Below, piece by piece: positions 28,044 through 41,985 of a stretch of 64,000 nucleotides of DNA; the first letter of the stretch is position 1; each line of letters starts with the position of its first letter. Both the position numbers and the translations under genes were made by a program. The notes beneath the pieces were generated by a model that was not told where the DNA came from, did not search any database, and worked only from the letters and a program-made list of their open reading frames with translations. The stretch comes from Camelus dromedarius (lineage: Eukaryota). The stretch lies in NCBI RefSeq assembly GCF_036321535.1, contig NC_087436.1, forward strand, positions 67,520,001-67,584,000, written 5' to 3'.

Positions 28044-30214
28044 TTTAATATTTTTTATTGATTTATAATCATTTTACAATGTTGTGTCAAATTCCAGTGT
28101 AGAGCACAGTTTTTCAGTCATACATGAACATACATATATTCATTGTCACATTTTTTTCTCTGTGAACTACCATAAGATCTTGTGTATATTTCCCTGTGCT
28201 ATACAGTATAATCTTGTTTATCTATTCTACAATTTTGAAATCCTATTTATCCCTTCCTACCCCGCCCCCTTGACAACCACAAGTTTGTATTCTGTGTCTA
28301 TGAGTCTGTTTCTGTTTTGTATTTATGCTTTGTTTTTGTTTTTGTTTTTGTTAGATTCCACATATGAGCGATCTCATATGGTATTTTTCTTTCTCTTTCT
28401 GGCTTACTTCACTTAGAATAACATTCTCCAGGAGCATTCTTGTTGCTGCAAATTGCGTTATGTTATCAGTTTTTATGGCTGAGTAGTATTCCATTGTATA
28501 AATATACCACTTCTTCTTTATCCAGTCATCTGTTGATGGACATTTAGGCTGTCTCCATGTCTTGGCTATTGTAAATAGTGCTGCTATGAACATTGGGATG
28601 CAGGTGTCATCCTGCAGTAGGGTTCCTTCTGGATATATGCCCAGGAGAGGGATTCCTGGGTCATACAGTAAGTCTATTCCTAGTCTTTTGAGGAATCTCC
28701 ATACTGTTTTCCACAGTGGGTGCACCAAACTGCATTCCCACCAGCAGTGAAGGAGGGTTCCCCTTTCTCCACAGCCTCTCCAGCATTTGTCATTTGTGGA
28801 TTTTTGAATGATGGCCATTCTGACTGGTGTGAGGTGATACCTCATTGTAGTTTTGATTTGCATTTCTCTGATAATTAGTGATATTGAGCATTTTTTCATG
28901 TGCCTATTGATCATTTGTATGTCTTCCTTGGAGAATTGCTTGTTTAGGTCTTCTGCCCATTTTTGGATTGGGTTGCTTGGTTGTTCCTTATTAAGTCATA
29001 TGAGCTGCTTATATATTCTGGAGATCAAGCCTTTGTCGGTTTCATTTGCAAAAATTTTCTCCCATTCTGTAGGTTTTCTTCTTGTTTTACTTCTGGTTTC
29101 CTTTGCTGTGCAGAAGCTTGTAAGTTTCATTAGGTCCCATTAGTTTATTCTTGCTTTTATTTCTATTGCTTGAGTAGACTGTTCTAGGAGAATATTTTTG
29201 AGATGTATGTCACATGTTTTGCCTATATTTTCTTCTAGGATGTTTATTGTACTTGTCTTATATTTAAGTCTTTGATCCATTTTGAGTTGATTTTTGTGTA
29301 TAGTGTAAGGGAGTGTTCTAGCTTCACTGCTTTACATGCTGCTTTCCAGTTTTCCCAACACCATTTGCTGAAGAGACTGTCTTTATTCCATTGTATATTC
29401 TTGCCTCCTTTGTCGAAGATTAGTTGGCCAAAAGTTTGTGGGTTCGTTTCTGGGCTCTCTGTTTTGTTCCATTGGTCTATATGTCTGTTTTTGTACCAGT
29501 ACCATGCTGTCTTGATGACTGTAGCTCTATAGTATTGTTTGAAGTCTGGGAGAGTTATTCCTCCAGCCTCTTTCTTTCTCTTCAGTAATGCTTTGGCAAT
29601 TCTAGGTCTTTGATGGTTCCATATAAATTTTATTATGATTTGTTCTAGTTCCGTGAAATATGTCCTGGGTGATTGGATAGGGATTGCATTAAATCTGTAG
29701 ATTGCCTTGGGCAGTGTGACCATTTTAACAATATTGATTCTTCCAATCCAGGAACATGGGATATCTTTCCATTTTTTAAAGTCTTCTTTAATTTTCCTTC
29801 ATCAATGGTTTATAGTTTTCTGTGTATAATCCTTTCACCTCCTTGGTTAGATTTATTCCTAGGTATTTTATTACTTTGGGTGCTATTTTAAAGGGGATTG
29901 TTTCTTTACTTTCTTTTTCTGTTGATTCATCGTTAGTGTAAAGAAATGCAACTGATTTTTGAATGTTAATCTTGTAACCTGCTACCTTGCTGAATTCTTC
30001 AATCAGCTTTAGTAGTTTTTGTGTGGACCTTTTAGGGTTTTCTATATATATAGTAACATGTTGTCGGCATACAGTGACACTTTTACCTCTTCTTTTCCAA
30101 TTTGGATCCCTTTTATTTCTCTCTCTTGCCTGATTGCTATGGTTAGGACTTCCAGGACTATGTTGAATAGAAGTGGTGATAGTGGGCAGCCTTGTCTCGT
30201 CCCAGATTTCACTT
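28044..30214 (-). mobile_element. Young camelid L1 (L1_Vpa-type), 5'-truncated, ~2.2 kb
   Basis: ORFs 28351-28914 and 29244-29723 are ORF2p C-terminal parts (CCHC motif, native end ...RSLICGI*); T-rich tail; probable TSD TTTCCTTTT (28035-28043, 30215-30223); internal stops and frameshifts. Confidence 0.96.
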
Positions 30215-32597
30215 TTTCCTTTTATTATGCATTTTGAGTTATTTGCTTAGGCTGATCTGGGGATTACAATTGGTATCGCACCCTAAAACAATAAAGTTCA
30301 CACTTAAACTGACTTAATTTTAATGGTACAAAGAAATTTTGTTGCAGAATAGCTTTATTACCTTCCCCTTTCTTTGTGCTATTGTTGCCACTTCATCTGT
30401 ATATAGTATAACCTCAAAAAGACAATAAATTTTTGCTTTATGCAGTTGTTTCAATTCACATAGGAAAAGAAAAAAACATTTAAAAAATATAAAGTAAAGC
30501 TGAACAAGCTTAAATAACAACAGGTCTTCTTTAATCTGTCAGAGAAGCAAGGTCATAGGGAAGACTGCTGCTCCCATAATTGAAGAAATAATCAGATACA
30601 AAAAAGCACATTTACTGGAGCAGAAACCCACCAGAAGAAATGTCCATGGGAACCAGTGTCAGGGTAGGAAAACCTGAAATGTGATGAATTGCTGGAGACT
30701 CAGTGTACAGTCCTGAGAGATAAAAACTCTAAAATGACCCAGTCTTAGGGGAGCCTTCAGATTTGCTAGTTTTACCTCCAGAAACTTCATCAGGTCCTCA
30801 CAGTGAATACTGAAGAAAAATTCCCTTGTGCTTTTGGTAGTGGGAGGGGGAAAGGAACCACCTTGAAATATGCCAGAGCATTCTGTTCCTAACAAGCCCT
30901 GCCCTTGGGAGAAACTATTTTACTGAGCCTAACCTGCTGTGGTTATATCATAACCCAACTTGAGGGAAGGGAAATAGCCAACTCCAGCTATCTCTTGTTT
31001 TTTGTATGGGAGAAGCAAAATACACAGCTCTATATCTTTCCAGGAATCCTGAACCATCTAAGGGGGTGAAAATCGAGAAGCATTAGTAAAGTTCACAGGC
31101 AAGGAGTACAGACTCCCCAAAAGGCTGAGCCCTAATCACAAGACTATCAAGCACTTTCTTTTTCCCACACCTTACAACTGTTTATTGCAGTTTCTTTTAC
31201 CCAGTATATTGTGTTGACCTTTCAAGAAAGAAAAAAAAAAATTGCAAGTCATACTTACTGCCAAAAACACAATTTGATAGGACTCAATAAGCATCAGAAC
31301 CAGAATCAAAAATGTCAGGAATGTGGAAATTATGACCAGGAATTTTTTAAACTGCTATTGATATGCTAAAGGCTTTGGCAAAAGTTTATACAACATGTAC
31401 AAAAACATGGATACATTAGGCAGAAAGATAAAAATTTAAAGAAAGACTCAAAAGGAAATGTTAGAAGATAAATATACTGTAACAAATGAAAATGGCTTTA
31501 TGAACTCATAAGTAGACTGGACATGAATGAGGAAAGAATCTCTGAACTTGAGGATAAGACAACAGAAACTTCCAAAACTTAAAAGCAAATCCAAAAAAAA
31601 AAAAAAAAGACTGTAAAAAACACCAACTAGAATATCCAAGGACAGTAGGTTAACTACAAATGGTATAAAGTATGCATAACAGGAACACCAGAAGGAAAAG
31701 AGGGAAAGGCACACACACAATATTTGAAGTGACCACAACTGAGTGTTTCCCACAAATTAATGTCAGACCCCAAACCACAGATCCAGCAAGCTCAGAGAAC
31801 ACTAAGGAAGATAAATGCAAAAAAAGAAAAATGAAAGCCACAAAAAAAAAACCTCTTCCTGAAGGCATAAACTTCAGAAAATCAAAGATAAAGAAAAAAT
31901 TGTGAAAGGATCCAGAGGGGAAAACATGTTACCAACGAGGCGGGGAAGAGAAGAATAGGAATAATATGACTTCGCAGGAACAGTGCTACCAAGAAGACAG
32001 TAGAGTGAAATATTTAGTGTTAACAGAACAAAACCATCAACCTAAAATTCTGAATTATATAAAATTACCCTTCCAAAGTGAAGGAGAAATAGACTTTCTC
32101 AGACAAAAATTGAGAATTTGTTCTTAGTTCCTATTTTGCAAGAGATGTCAAAGGAAGTTTATCAGAAAAAGGTGATGATATAGGTCAAAAACTCAGATTT
32201 AAATAAAGGAAGAACATCAGGAAAATAAAAAGTGAAGGTAAAATTAAACTTTTATTTTTCTTAATCCTAACTGATCTAATAGATAACTGTTTCAAAATGA
32301 TAGCAAATTTTGTATGCTTATCTATATATAATATGCATCATAAATGTTTATGTATAAATGCAGAAACACATAATATCTAAATGTTTGTGTATAAGTGAAA
32401 TGTATGACAGCAGTGGCACTAGGTACTTGCACTATCCGTGAAGGGTTATAGTGTTATTTGAAAGTAGACTTAGATTAGCTATAAATGTATATTGCAAACT
32501 CCAAAGAAACTAAAAAGGCAAAAAGTGTAATTGATACATTAAGAAAGAAGAAAAAGTGAAATTATATAAAAGGATAAATTAAGACCAGAAATGACAG

Positions 32598-35500
32598 AGG
32601 AGATGACTGAAGATGGTAGCTTAGAAAGATCCTGAGCTCACCTCCTTCCACACGTACAACAAATCTTTAACTACCTATGGAATAATTCCCTCTGCAAGGA
32701 ACCTGAGACTGGATGAACAGAGTCTCTGTAACATAGGGCAAAAGGACAGCATCAAGAGGGGTAGCAGGAACAAAAACACGGTCTCACAAGGAACAAGCCA
32801 CATCCCAGTTACGGTGATCCACAGTTGGGAAGGCTCACAAAGGTATGGTTATTTTTCATGAGGAGTAAGGAATTTGATCTTCATATCAGGCATCCCAAAC
32901 CTTAGATCCTGCACAGGAAAGATAAGCCCTTAAAACATCTGCTTTGAAAAGCAATGGGAATATATCTAGAAACCTATAGAACTACAGGGAATGGAAAACC
33001 TACTCTTAAAGGGCTCATATGCAAGCTTACTTTCATCCCTAAAATTGCAAAAACATCAGTTTGAAAAGTGCATGGGCCATAGCTGAAGGAGACCCACGTA
33101 CCAATCTTGAAGTATTTACCAGAGAGGCAGGAACAAGTTGGGATGCTCCCTCGGAACTGAGACACTGATGAGAGCCATTTTTTTCAATCTCAGTCTGCAT
33201 TGCTAAAGCCAGTACTGGCAGGAGCCATTTTGGAGATCTCCATCTAACTTGTTAATACCAGTGGGACTGCCTCACCAAGAGGTCCACACAATGCCTGTAC
33301 TTTTGCTGGACCTCACAGACCATGTGATGACCCCACCAACCATGCCTTATAGCTTCTGGTGTCTGGGCCTCCCAGCCATTCCAGGGGCCAGCCCTAAACA
33401 CCAGAACCAAGCAGCGGAGGCAGCCAGGTCCTGCAGCCATTTGGTCAGCCCTGCCCACCAGGATGCCACAGCAGCACTCATGGCCACATTACAACAAGAA
33501 TGTGTATGAAGCCCCCGGAGAGGATACCCATGGAGTGCCTGGCTCTGGTGACCAGGCATAATGTACTTCTGAGCCCCACAGAACATCTCCTACATCAGGT
33601 CAGTCCTTTAAGACTTAGTAAGGTAGCTGATTTACGTAAAACATATAAACAAACACAGAATATTAGGCAAGATGAGAACACAAAGGAATATGTTCCAGTT
33701 GGTTAAAGAAAAAAAAAAAAGACAAAACCTAAGAAAAAGAGCTAAATGAAACAGACATAAGCAGTCTAATTGAGAAAAAGTTCAAAATAATAATTATAAA
33801 GATGGACAGACACAGTGAACTTAAAGAGATAGAAAATCTAAGAAAATATAAAACAGAAGTTATAAACGAACTTAAAAATACACTAGAGTGGTTCAAAAGC
33901 ATTTTGGATGACGTGGAAGAACAAATCAGCAAGCTAGAAGAAAAAGCATGGAATTCAGCCAGACAGAAGAGAAAGATGAAGAAAGTATTAACCAAAGTGA
34001 AGATACTTTAAGTGACCTTTGAGACAACATCAAGTGGAAAATATTTGTGCAACATAAGTCTCAGAAGAAGAAGAGAAAGGAAAAGGGTCAGAAAAATTAC
34101 TTGAAGAAATAGCAGCTAAAAACTTCCATAATCTGTGAAAGAAAACAGATATCCAGGTCCAGGGAGCCCAGAAAATTCTGAATAAGATAAACCCAAAGGG
34201 CAAACTTTTAGAACAGAGAATCCTAAAAACAGCAAGAGAAAAACAACTTGGTCCATATATGGAAAACCCAATAAGGTTAGTGTATTTTTCAGCAGAAACT
34301 CTACAGGGCAGAAGGGAGTAGCAAGACATATTCCAAGTGCTGAAAGGAAAAAAATTCAACCAAGAATTCTCTACTCAGCAAGGTTATCATTCATAATTAA
34401 AGAGTTTCCCAGATAAGCAAAAGAGAAGAGAGATTACTACCACTAAACTGGCCCTAAAAGAAATGTTAAAGGGACTTAACTGAAAAGAAATGGCACTAAT
34501 TAATAATAAGAAAATATATAAAAATAAAATTCTTACTGGAAAAAAGTAAGTACATAGTAAAGGTAGTGGATCAACCTCTTATAAGGCAAGAATGAAGATT
34601 AGAAGTCAAAAGAAGTAAAATTAACTAAAATTACAATAACTGGTTAAGGGATATATAAAATAAAAATCTATAAAATGTGTCATCCAAAGTATCAAATATG
34701 AGGGCAGGTATAAAAAGATAAATCTTTGGAATGTGTTCAAATTTAAGTTACTACCTACTTAATACAGACTGCTATTTACCTAGGATATTATATGTGAACC
34801 TCACAAAAACTGCAAGAACAAAACATAGTACACAAAATGAGAAAATCTAAGCACTAAAGAAAACTATGAAAATGCAAGGGAAGAAAGAAAAACAGAATCA
34901 ACCAAAATATAACAGAAAACAATTAACAAAATGGCAATAATTACATATTTATCAATAATTACTTTAAATGTAATTAGACTAACTTCACCAGCCAAAAGAC
35001 AGAGTGGCTAGATTTAAAAACAAACAAAACAAAACAAACAAACCAAAAAACCCACCAAGACTCAAAAGAGACTCCAGAAATAAAGGCACACAGAGACTGA
35101 AGGTAAAGGGATAGAAAAAGATGTTTCATGAAAATGGAAATAAAAATAAAGCTGGATTAATTATACTCATATCAGGCAAAATGGGCTTTAAAATAAAAAT
35201 TAATGCAAGACAAAGGAAGAGCATTATATAATGATAAAGGGGTTAATTCACCAAGACTATAAAACATTTATAAATGTATATGCACCCAACATAGTGGTAC
35301 CAAGATATATAAAGCATACAGAATTAAAAGGAGAAATTGAAGGCGTACAATGATAGTAGGGAAATTTAACACCCCACTTATGTCAATGGATAGATCATCA
35401 GACACAAAATCAGTAAGAAAACATCTAACTTTATAACACATTAGACAAGATGAACTAAATAGACATATATAGAACTAAATATATATATATATAAAGAAAG

Positions 35501-37258
35501 AGATCATTCTATTCAAAAGCAACAGAACACACATTATTCTGAAGGGCACATAGAACACACCCCAGGAGAGATTACATGTTAGGTCACAAGTCTCAATAAA
35601 TTCAAGAAGATTGAAATCATATCAGGCATCCTCCTCAAGCACAATGGTACAAAACTAAGAATCAGTTACAAGAAAAAAAAATGTGCAAAACCACAAAAAC
35701 ATGGAGATTAGAAAACATGCTATCGAATAACCAATGGTTCATCAAAAAAATCAAAGAAGAGAGAAAAAAATGCCCAGAGATAAATGACACCAGGTATACA
35801 ACATATCAAAATCAGTGGGAGGCAGCAAAAGTGATTCTGAAAGGAAAGTTCATAGCAATGCAGGTTACCTCTAGGAACAGAAAAAAATGTCAAATAAGCA
35901 ATCTAACTTTATACCTAAAGTAACTAGAGAAATAAAAGCAAATGAAGCCCAAAATTAGTAGAAGGAAAGAAATAATATACAATAGAGCAGAAATAAATAG
36001 AGACTTTAAAAAATATAGGAAAAGATCAATGAAACTGAGTTGGTTTGTGGTAGAAATAAAAATTGTAACATCATTAGGTAGCTTATCCAAGAAAAAAAGG
36101 CTTAAATAAAATCAGAAATGAAAATGGGGATTTAAAAACTGCTATCACAGAAATACAAAGGATCATTAAAAAAAACACTATCAACAATTATATGCTAACA
36201 AATCAGACAACCTAGAAGAAATGTTCCAAGACTGAAACTTAAAGAAATAGAAAATTTGAATAGACCAATTGAATCAGGAATCAATAACCTTCCAACAAAC
36301 AAAAGCCTAGGACAAGACAGTTTCACAGGTTAAGTCCACAAAACATACAAAGAAGATTTAATACCTATCCTTCTCCAATTCTTTCAAACAATTAAAGTGG
36401 AGGGAAATATTCCAAACACATTTTATGAAGACAGCATTACCCTAACAGCAGAACCAGACAATGACACCTTAAAAAAGACAATTACAGATAAGTATCATTG
36501 ATGAACATAGATCCCAAAATTCTCAACAAAATATCAGCAAACCAAATCCAATAATACATTTAAAAGATTATACACGAAGATCAAGTGGGATTCATTCCAG
36601 GGATGCAAGGATGTTTCAACATCTGCAAATCAACTGTGGTTCATTCCATAAAAAAATTGAAGGATAAAAATCACATGATCATCCCAAGCAATGCAGAAAA
36701 GCATTCAGCAGAATTCAGTATCCTATCTTGTTTGAAACTCTCAACAAAATGGGTATAGAGAACGTACCCCAATATATTAAAGGCCGTATATGTCAAATGC
36801 ACAGCTAACATCTCAATGACAAAAAACCTGAAAGCTTTTCCTCTAAGATCAGGAACAAGAAAAGTATGCCCATTCTTGCCACTTTTATTCAACATAGTAT
36901 TGGAAATTTCAGCCAGAGCAGTTAGGCAAGAATAAAAGAAGGCATCCAAATCTGAAAAGAAATAAAACTATTACTATTTGCAGGTGAAATAACATATAGA
37001 TAGGTAGATAGATAGAATTCTAAAGATGCCACAAAAAAGTTTGTAACTAATAAATACAGTAAAGTTGCAGGATACAAACTCAATATACAGAAATCTGTGT
37101 CAATTCTATACACTAATAATGGATTATCAGAAAGGTAAGATGAATAGTAATGAGTTGTGGTAATCACTCTGCAGTGTATACAGATGTTGAACTATAATGC
37201 TGCATAACTAAAACATATTAAAGTAAAAACTACTTTGAGTCAATTAATTATTTAAAAA
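32598..37258 (+). mobile_element. Laurasiatherian-age L1 with 5' UTR, ORF1, 5' part of ORF2 and 3' tip; large internal deletion at ~37134
   Basis: 5' end 'aagatggtagcttagaaagatcctgagctcacctcc'; ORF 33802-34011 resembles the ORF1p coiled coil (LDDVEEQISKLEEK); EN and RT remnants; host text resumes at ~37259 with degenerate TSD (ccagaaatgacaga / ccaaaaggcaga). Confidence 0.88.
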
Positions 37259-37814
37259 ATCCAAAAGGCAGAAAAAGTATGAAAGACAAAAATAGGGACA
37301 AAGACAAAAGGCAACAAATAGAAAACGGTAACAAATACAGTAGATTATAATCCAACTATATTATTAATCACCTTAAATGTTAACTCTCTAAATACATCAA
37401 TTAAAAGATAGAGATTGTGAAAGTGGATCAAAAAACATGGATCAATTACAAATTGTCTGCAAGAACACTTTAATATAAAGACAAAGATTAAAAATAAAAG
37501 GATAAAGATATGACATGGTAACACTAGTTAAGAGCATGTGTGAGTAGCTATATTAATTTCAGATAGAGCAGACCTCACAGAAAGGAAAATGATTATTAGA
37601 TATAAAGAGAGATATTACATTAAATGATAAGGAAATCGGTACATCAAGAAGACAGTTATTCTTCATGTGTATGTGCTAATAACAGAATATAAATATGTTA
37701 GGCAAAACTGATAGAAAAGCAAAGAGAAATAGATAAACCCACTTTATAGTTGGAACTTTAAGAACTCTCTATCAAAATGGGAAGATCCAACTGACATGTA
37801 TCAATAATGAGATT

Positions 37815-38354
37815 TACAATAGCCAAAACATGGAAACAGCCTAAATGTCCATCAAAAGGTGACTGGATAAAGAAGATGTGGTATATTTATACAATGGAAT
37901 ACTACTCAGCCATAAAAACCGACAACATAACGCCATCTGCAACAACATGGATGCTCCTGGAGAATGTCATCCTAAATGAAGTAAGCCAGAAAGAGAAAGA
38001 AAAATACCATATAAGATCGCTTATATGTGGAATCTTAAAGCAAACAAACAAACAAAAAAAAACATAAATACAAAACAGAAACAGACTCATAGACATAGAA
38101 TACAAACTTGTGGTTGCCAAGGGGGCGGAGGATGGGAAGGGATAGACGGGATTTCAAAATTGTAGAATAGATAAATAAGATTATACTGTATAGCACAGGG
38201 AAATATACACAAAATCTTATGGGAGCTCACAGAGAAAAAAATGTGACAATGAATATATATATGTTCATGTATAACTGAAAAATTGTGCTGAACACTGGAA
38301 TTTGACATAACATTGTAAAATGAGTATAAATCAATAAAAAATGTTTTAAAAAAT
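37815..38354 (+). mobile_element. Young camelid L1 3' end (~540 bp)
   Basis: 12-bp TSD AATAATGAGATT (37803-37814, 38355-38366); ORF 37807-38067 is the ORF2p C-terminus; near-identical to the reverse complement of 28044-28575. Confidence 0.96.
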
Positions 38355-41300
38355 AATAATGAGATTAATCACCTGGAAGTAATTGGCATCTGTCAACTAC
38401 TTCATTCCACATCAGCAGAATTCACATTTTTCTCAAGCCTACATAAAGCATTCACCTAAGATAGACCACATTCTGGGCCATAAAACACATCTTAACAAAT
38501 TTTTTTAAAATAGAAATCGTACAGGGTCCACTCTTAGACCACAGTGGAATTAAACTAGAAATCAGTAACAGAAAGATAGCCAGGGAATCACAAAATGTGT
38601 TGAGATTAAACAGTGCACTTCTAAGTGAAACATAGGTCAAAGGAGATCTCAAGAGAAATTTCAAAATGTTTTGAACTAAATGAAAACACACAACTTAACA
38701 AATTTGTGGAATGCAGATAAAACAGTGCTTAAAGGGAAATTACAGCATTGAATCTAAGCTTCTAAGGAAACTAGAAAAATAAGAAGTTAAATCTAAAGTA
38801 AGCAGAAGAAAAGTCGTAACAAACATTAGAACATAAATCAATGAAATTAAAAAAAGGAAATCCATAAAGAACATCAATGAAATCAAAAGCTTTTTCTCTG
38901 GAAAAAACCCAATCAAAAAGACTCTAACCAGAAAAACTAAGAAAAAAGATAAAAGATATAAATCATCCTCACTATTACTATATAGGGGAGACATCACAAT
39001 AAATCCCATGCACATTAAAATGATAATATATGAATATTATAAATGACTCTATGCTCACAAATTTTTAACCTAGATGAAATGGACCAATTGCTTGAAAGCC
39101 ACAAGCTGCCAAAACTCACATAAGAAGAAACAGACAATTTGAATAGACAATACTTTCTAACTCACTGTATGAAGTTAGCACTACCTTAATACCAAAAAAT
39201 GACAAAGGTATTAGATGAAAACTCCAGACCATATCTCTCATGAACTTAAATATCCTCAACAAAATATTAACAAATTGAATTCAACAAGGTATAAAAAGAA
39301 TTTTACACCACAACCAAATGGGATTTATCTCAGAAATTCAAGGCTAGTTCAACACTTGAAAATCAATTAATATAAATCATAGTATCAACAGGATACAGAA
39401 GAGGAGTCTCATGATTATATCAAAAATGTAGAAAAATTATTTGGTAAAACCTAACACCCATTTGTGATTAAAAACTCTCAGCAAACTAGGAATAAAGAGG
39501 AACAATGTCAAGTTGATAAAGAATATCTACAAAAATGTACAGTTAATATTATACTTGAGTTAAAAATGTGAAGCTTTTACAGTAAAATCACAAATAAGCA
39601 AGATGTAACTCTCATACTGTTTTACAACATTGTACTAGAAGTCGTAGCTAATACGATAAGCCAAAAAAAGAAATAAAGTATACCTATTAATAAGGTAAAT
39701 TTTTTTGTTTTCAGATCACATGATTGTCTGCATAGAAAGTCCAAAATAACAGACCAGGAAAAAAAAAAAAACAAAAACCTCTGCTGAAACTAGTAAGTAA
39801 TTATAGCAAGTTTTCAGGATAGAAGGCTAGCAAAAGTCAATCACTTTTCTGTGTACCAATGATGAACAAGTGGACTTTGAAATCAAAACCAGTTCCATTT
39901 ACATTAGCACCCACCAAATTGAAATACTTGGGTATAAATCTAACATATATGTATATATTGATCCATAAGAGGAAAACTATAAAACTTTGATAAGTGAAAT
40001 TAAAGAACTAAATAAACGGCAAGATACTCCATGTTCATGCAGAGGAAGATCAGTATTGGCAAGATGTCAGCTCTTTCCCATCTTTATCTACAGATTCAGT
40101 GCACTCACAATCAAAATCTCAGCAACTTATTTGGTGGATATGAACAGATTCTAAAGTTTACAAGGAGAGCAAAAAAACCAATACTGAAGTAGAATAAAGT
40201 CACATGACTGACACTGCTGAACAGCAAGACATACTGTAAGGCTCCAGTAATCAAGACAGTGTGGTACTGGTGGAAATAAAGACAAAAGATCAGTGGAACA
40301 TAATACAGAGCACAAAAATACACCCATATAAGTATAATCAACTGATTTCGACAAAGAAGAGGTAGTATAATGGAGAAAAAATACTCTTTTCAACAAATGG
40401 TGCTGAAACAATTGGACATCCACATGCAAAAATATGAATCTTGGCACAAACCTTATGTTCTTCACAAAATTAACTCAGAATGGATCACAGACCTAAATGA
40501 AAAATTCAAAGCTATAAAACTCATAGAAGATACCATAGGAGAAAACCTAGATGACTTTGTGACTTTGTCTATAAAACTTTTGTCTATAAAGACAACATCA
40601 AGACAATGAGAAAATAAGCCGCAGTCTAAAAATAGTAAAACACATATATGATAAAAATGTTAATCTGAAATATACAAAGAAATCTTAAAACTTAACAATA
40701 AGAAAATGAAAAACTTAAATAAAAAAATGGGTAAATGATCTGATCAGACGTGTCATCAAAGATCCACAGATGACAAATAAGCCTATGAAAAGTGTTCATT
40801 GTGGTATGTCATTAGGGAATTGCAAGTCAAAACATTACCATCATACACATCTATTTTAAAACCCAAAATCCAAAACACGGAAAACACCAAATGCTGTTAA
40901 GTATATGGAGCCACAGGAACTCTCTGTTGCTGGTGGGAAAGCAAAATAGTACAGCCACCTTGGAAAACAGTTTGGTGGTTTCCTACAAAACTAAATACAC
41001 TCTCATCATGTGATTTAGCAATAATTGTCCTTGGTATTTTCACAAGTAAGTTAAAAGCTTATGTCCACACACAAAGTCTGCACGTGGATGTTTACAGCAG
41101 TTTTAATCACCAGTGATAAAACTTGGAAGCTTAGAAACAAGGCAGTGAATGATATATATATATATATACACACTGTGGTACATACAGACAATGGAATATT
41201 ATTCAGCAGTAAAAAGAAATGATCAAGCTATGAAAATAAACATGAATAAACTAGCAGTATATATTACTAAGTGATAGAAGCCAATCTGAACAGGCTATAT

Positions 41301-41684
41301 ACAGTATGACTTCAACTATATGATATTCTAAAAAAAGGTTTAGTGGTTGTCAGGGACTAGGATGTATGAATAGGTAGACACAAAGTATTTTAAGGCAGTG
41401 AAACTCCTCTGTATACTACAATTGTGGATCCATGTCATTATATACTTGTTAAAACCCACAGAGTACGCAACTCCAAGGGTGAACCTTAATGCAAACTATG
41501 GACTTGTGTTACAATGATGTGTCGATGTAGGTTCATCAATTGTAACAAAAATTTCACTCTGATGTGGGATATTGACAGTGGGGGAGGTTGTACATGTATG
41601 GAGACTGGGTAAATGGGACCTCTCTGTACATTGCAGTTGAAATGCTGTGTACCTTAAATGATCTAAAAATAAATTAATGAAAAC

Positions 41685-41883
41685 AAGGGGGTTTAGGGTA
41701 GGGACTGGTTCTAGCTATATGAGGTAGTGCTTGGGAGTGTCAAAGTGATAATACAGTGGCATATCTTGATTCTGGTGGTAGTGTCATAAAGCTACTCCTG
41801 GGATAAAATTTTATAGAATTATATATGCACAAAAAATTAGTGTATATACAACAGTAAATCTGAAGAGTCTCACTGGATTGTAT
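41685..41883 (+). mobile_element. L1MD-like 3' UTR fragment
   Basis: 'atatcttgattctggtggtagtgtcataaagctac...gataaaattttatagaatt...aaatctgaagagtctcactggattgta'. Confidence 0.6.
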
Positions 41884-41985
41884 AAAAATACATTTATAAT
41901 ATTATATTTACCTATCCAACTTCACCAGTATTCTTTATTTTTTCATGTGCATTCAAGTTACTGTCTAGTGTACTTCAATTTCAGT

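Larger units (their letters stand above)
30483..41680 (+). mobile_element. Near-full-length L1MC1-like element (pieces ~30483-32597, 37259-37814, 38355-41680)
   Basis: 5' UTR, ORF1 remnants (~31300-32200), ORF2 remnants, and a diagnostic 3' end 'gtgaaccttaatgcaaactatggact...taggttcatcaattgtaacaaa...ctaaaaataaa'. Confidence 0.85.

Noticed and set aside
28351..29723. Longest ORFs (187 and 159 aa; also 50846-51379 and 59468-60004) as host genes or active L1
   Set aside because: They are ORF2p C-terminal fragments of 5'-truncated L1s with stops and frameshifts and no promoter or ORF1.
33249..33706. Overlapping GC-richer ORFs suggesting a gene or promoter
   Set aside because: They lie in the 5' UTR of the L1 at 32598; higher GC explains the open frames.
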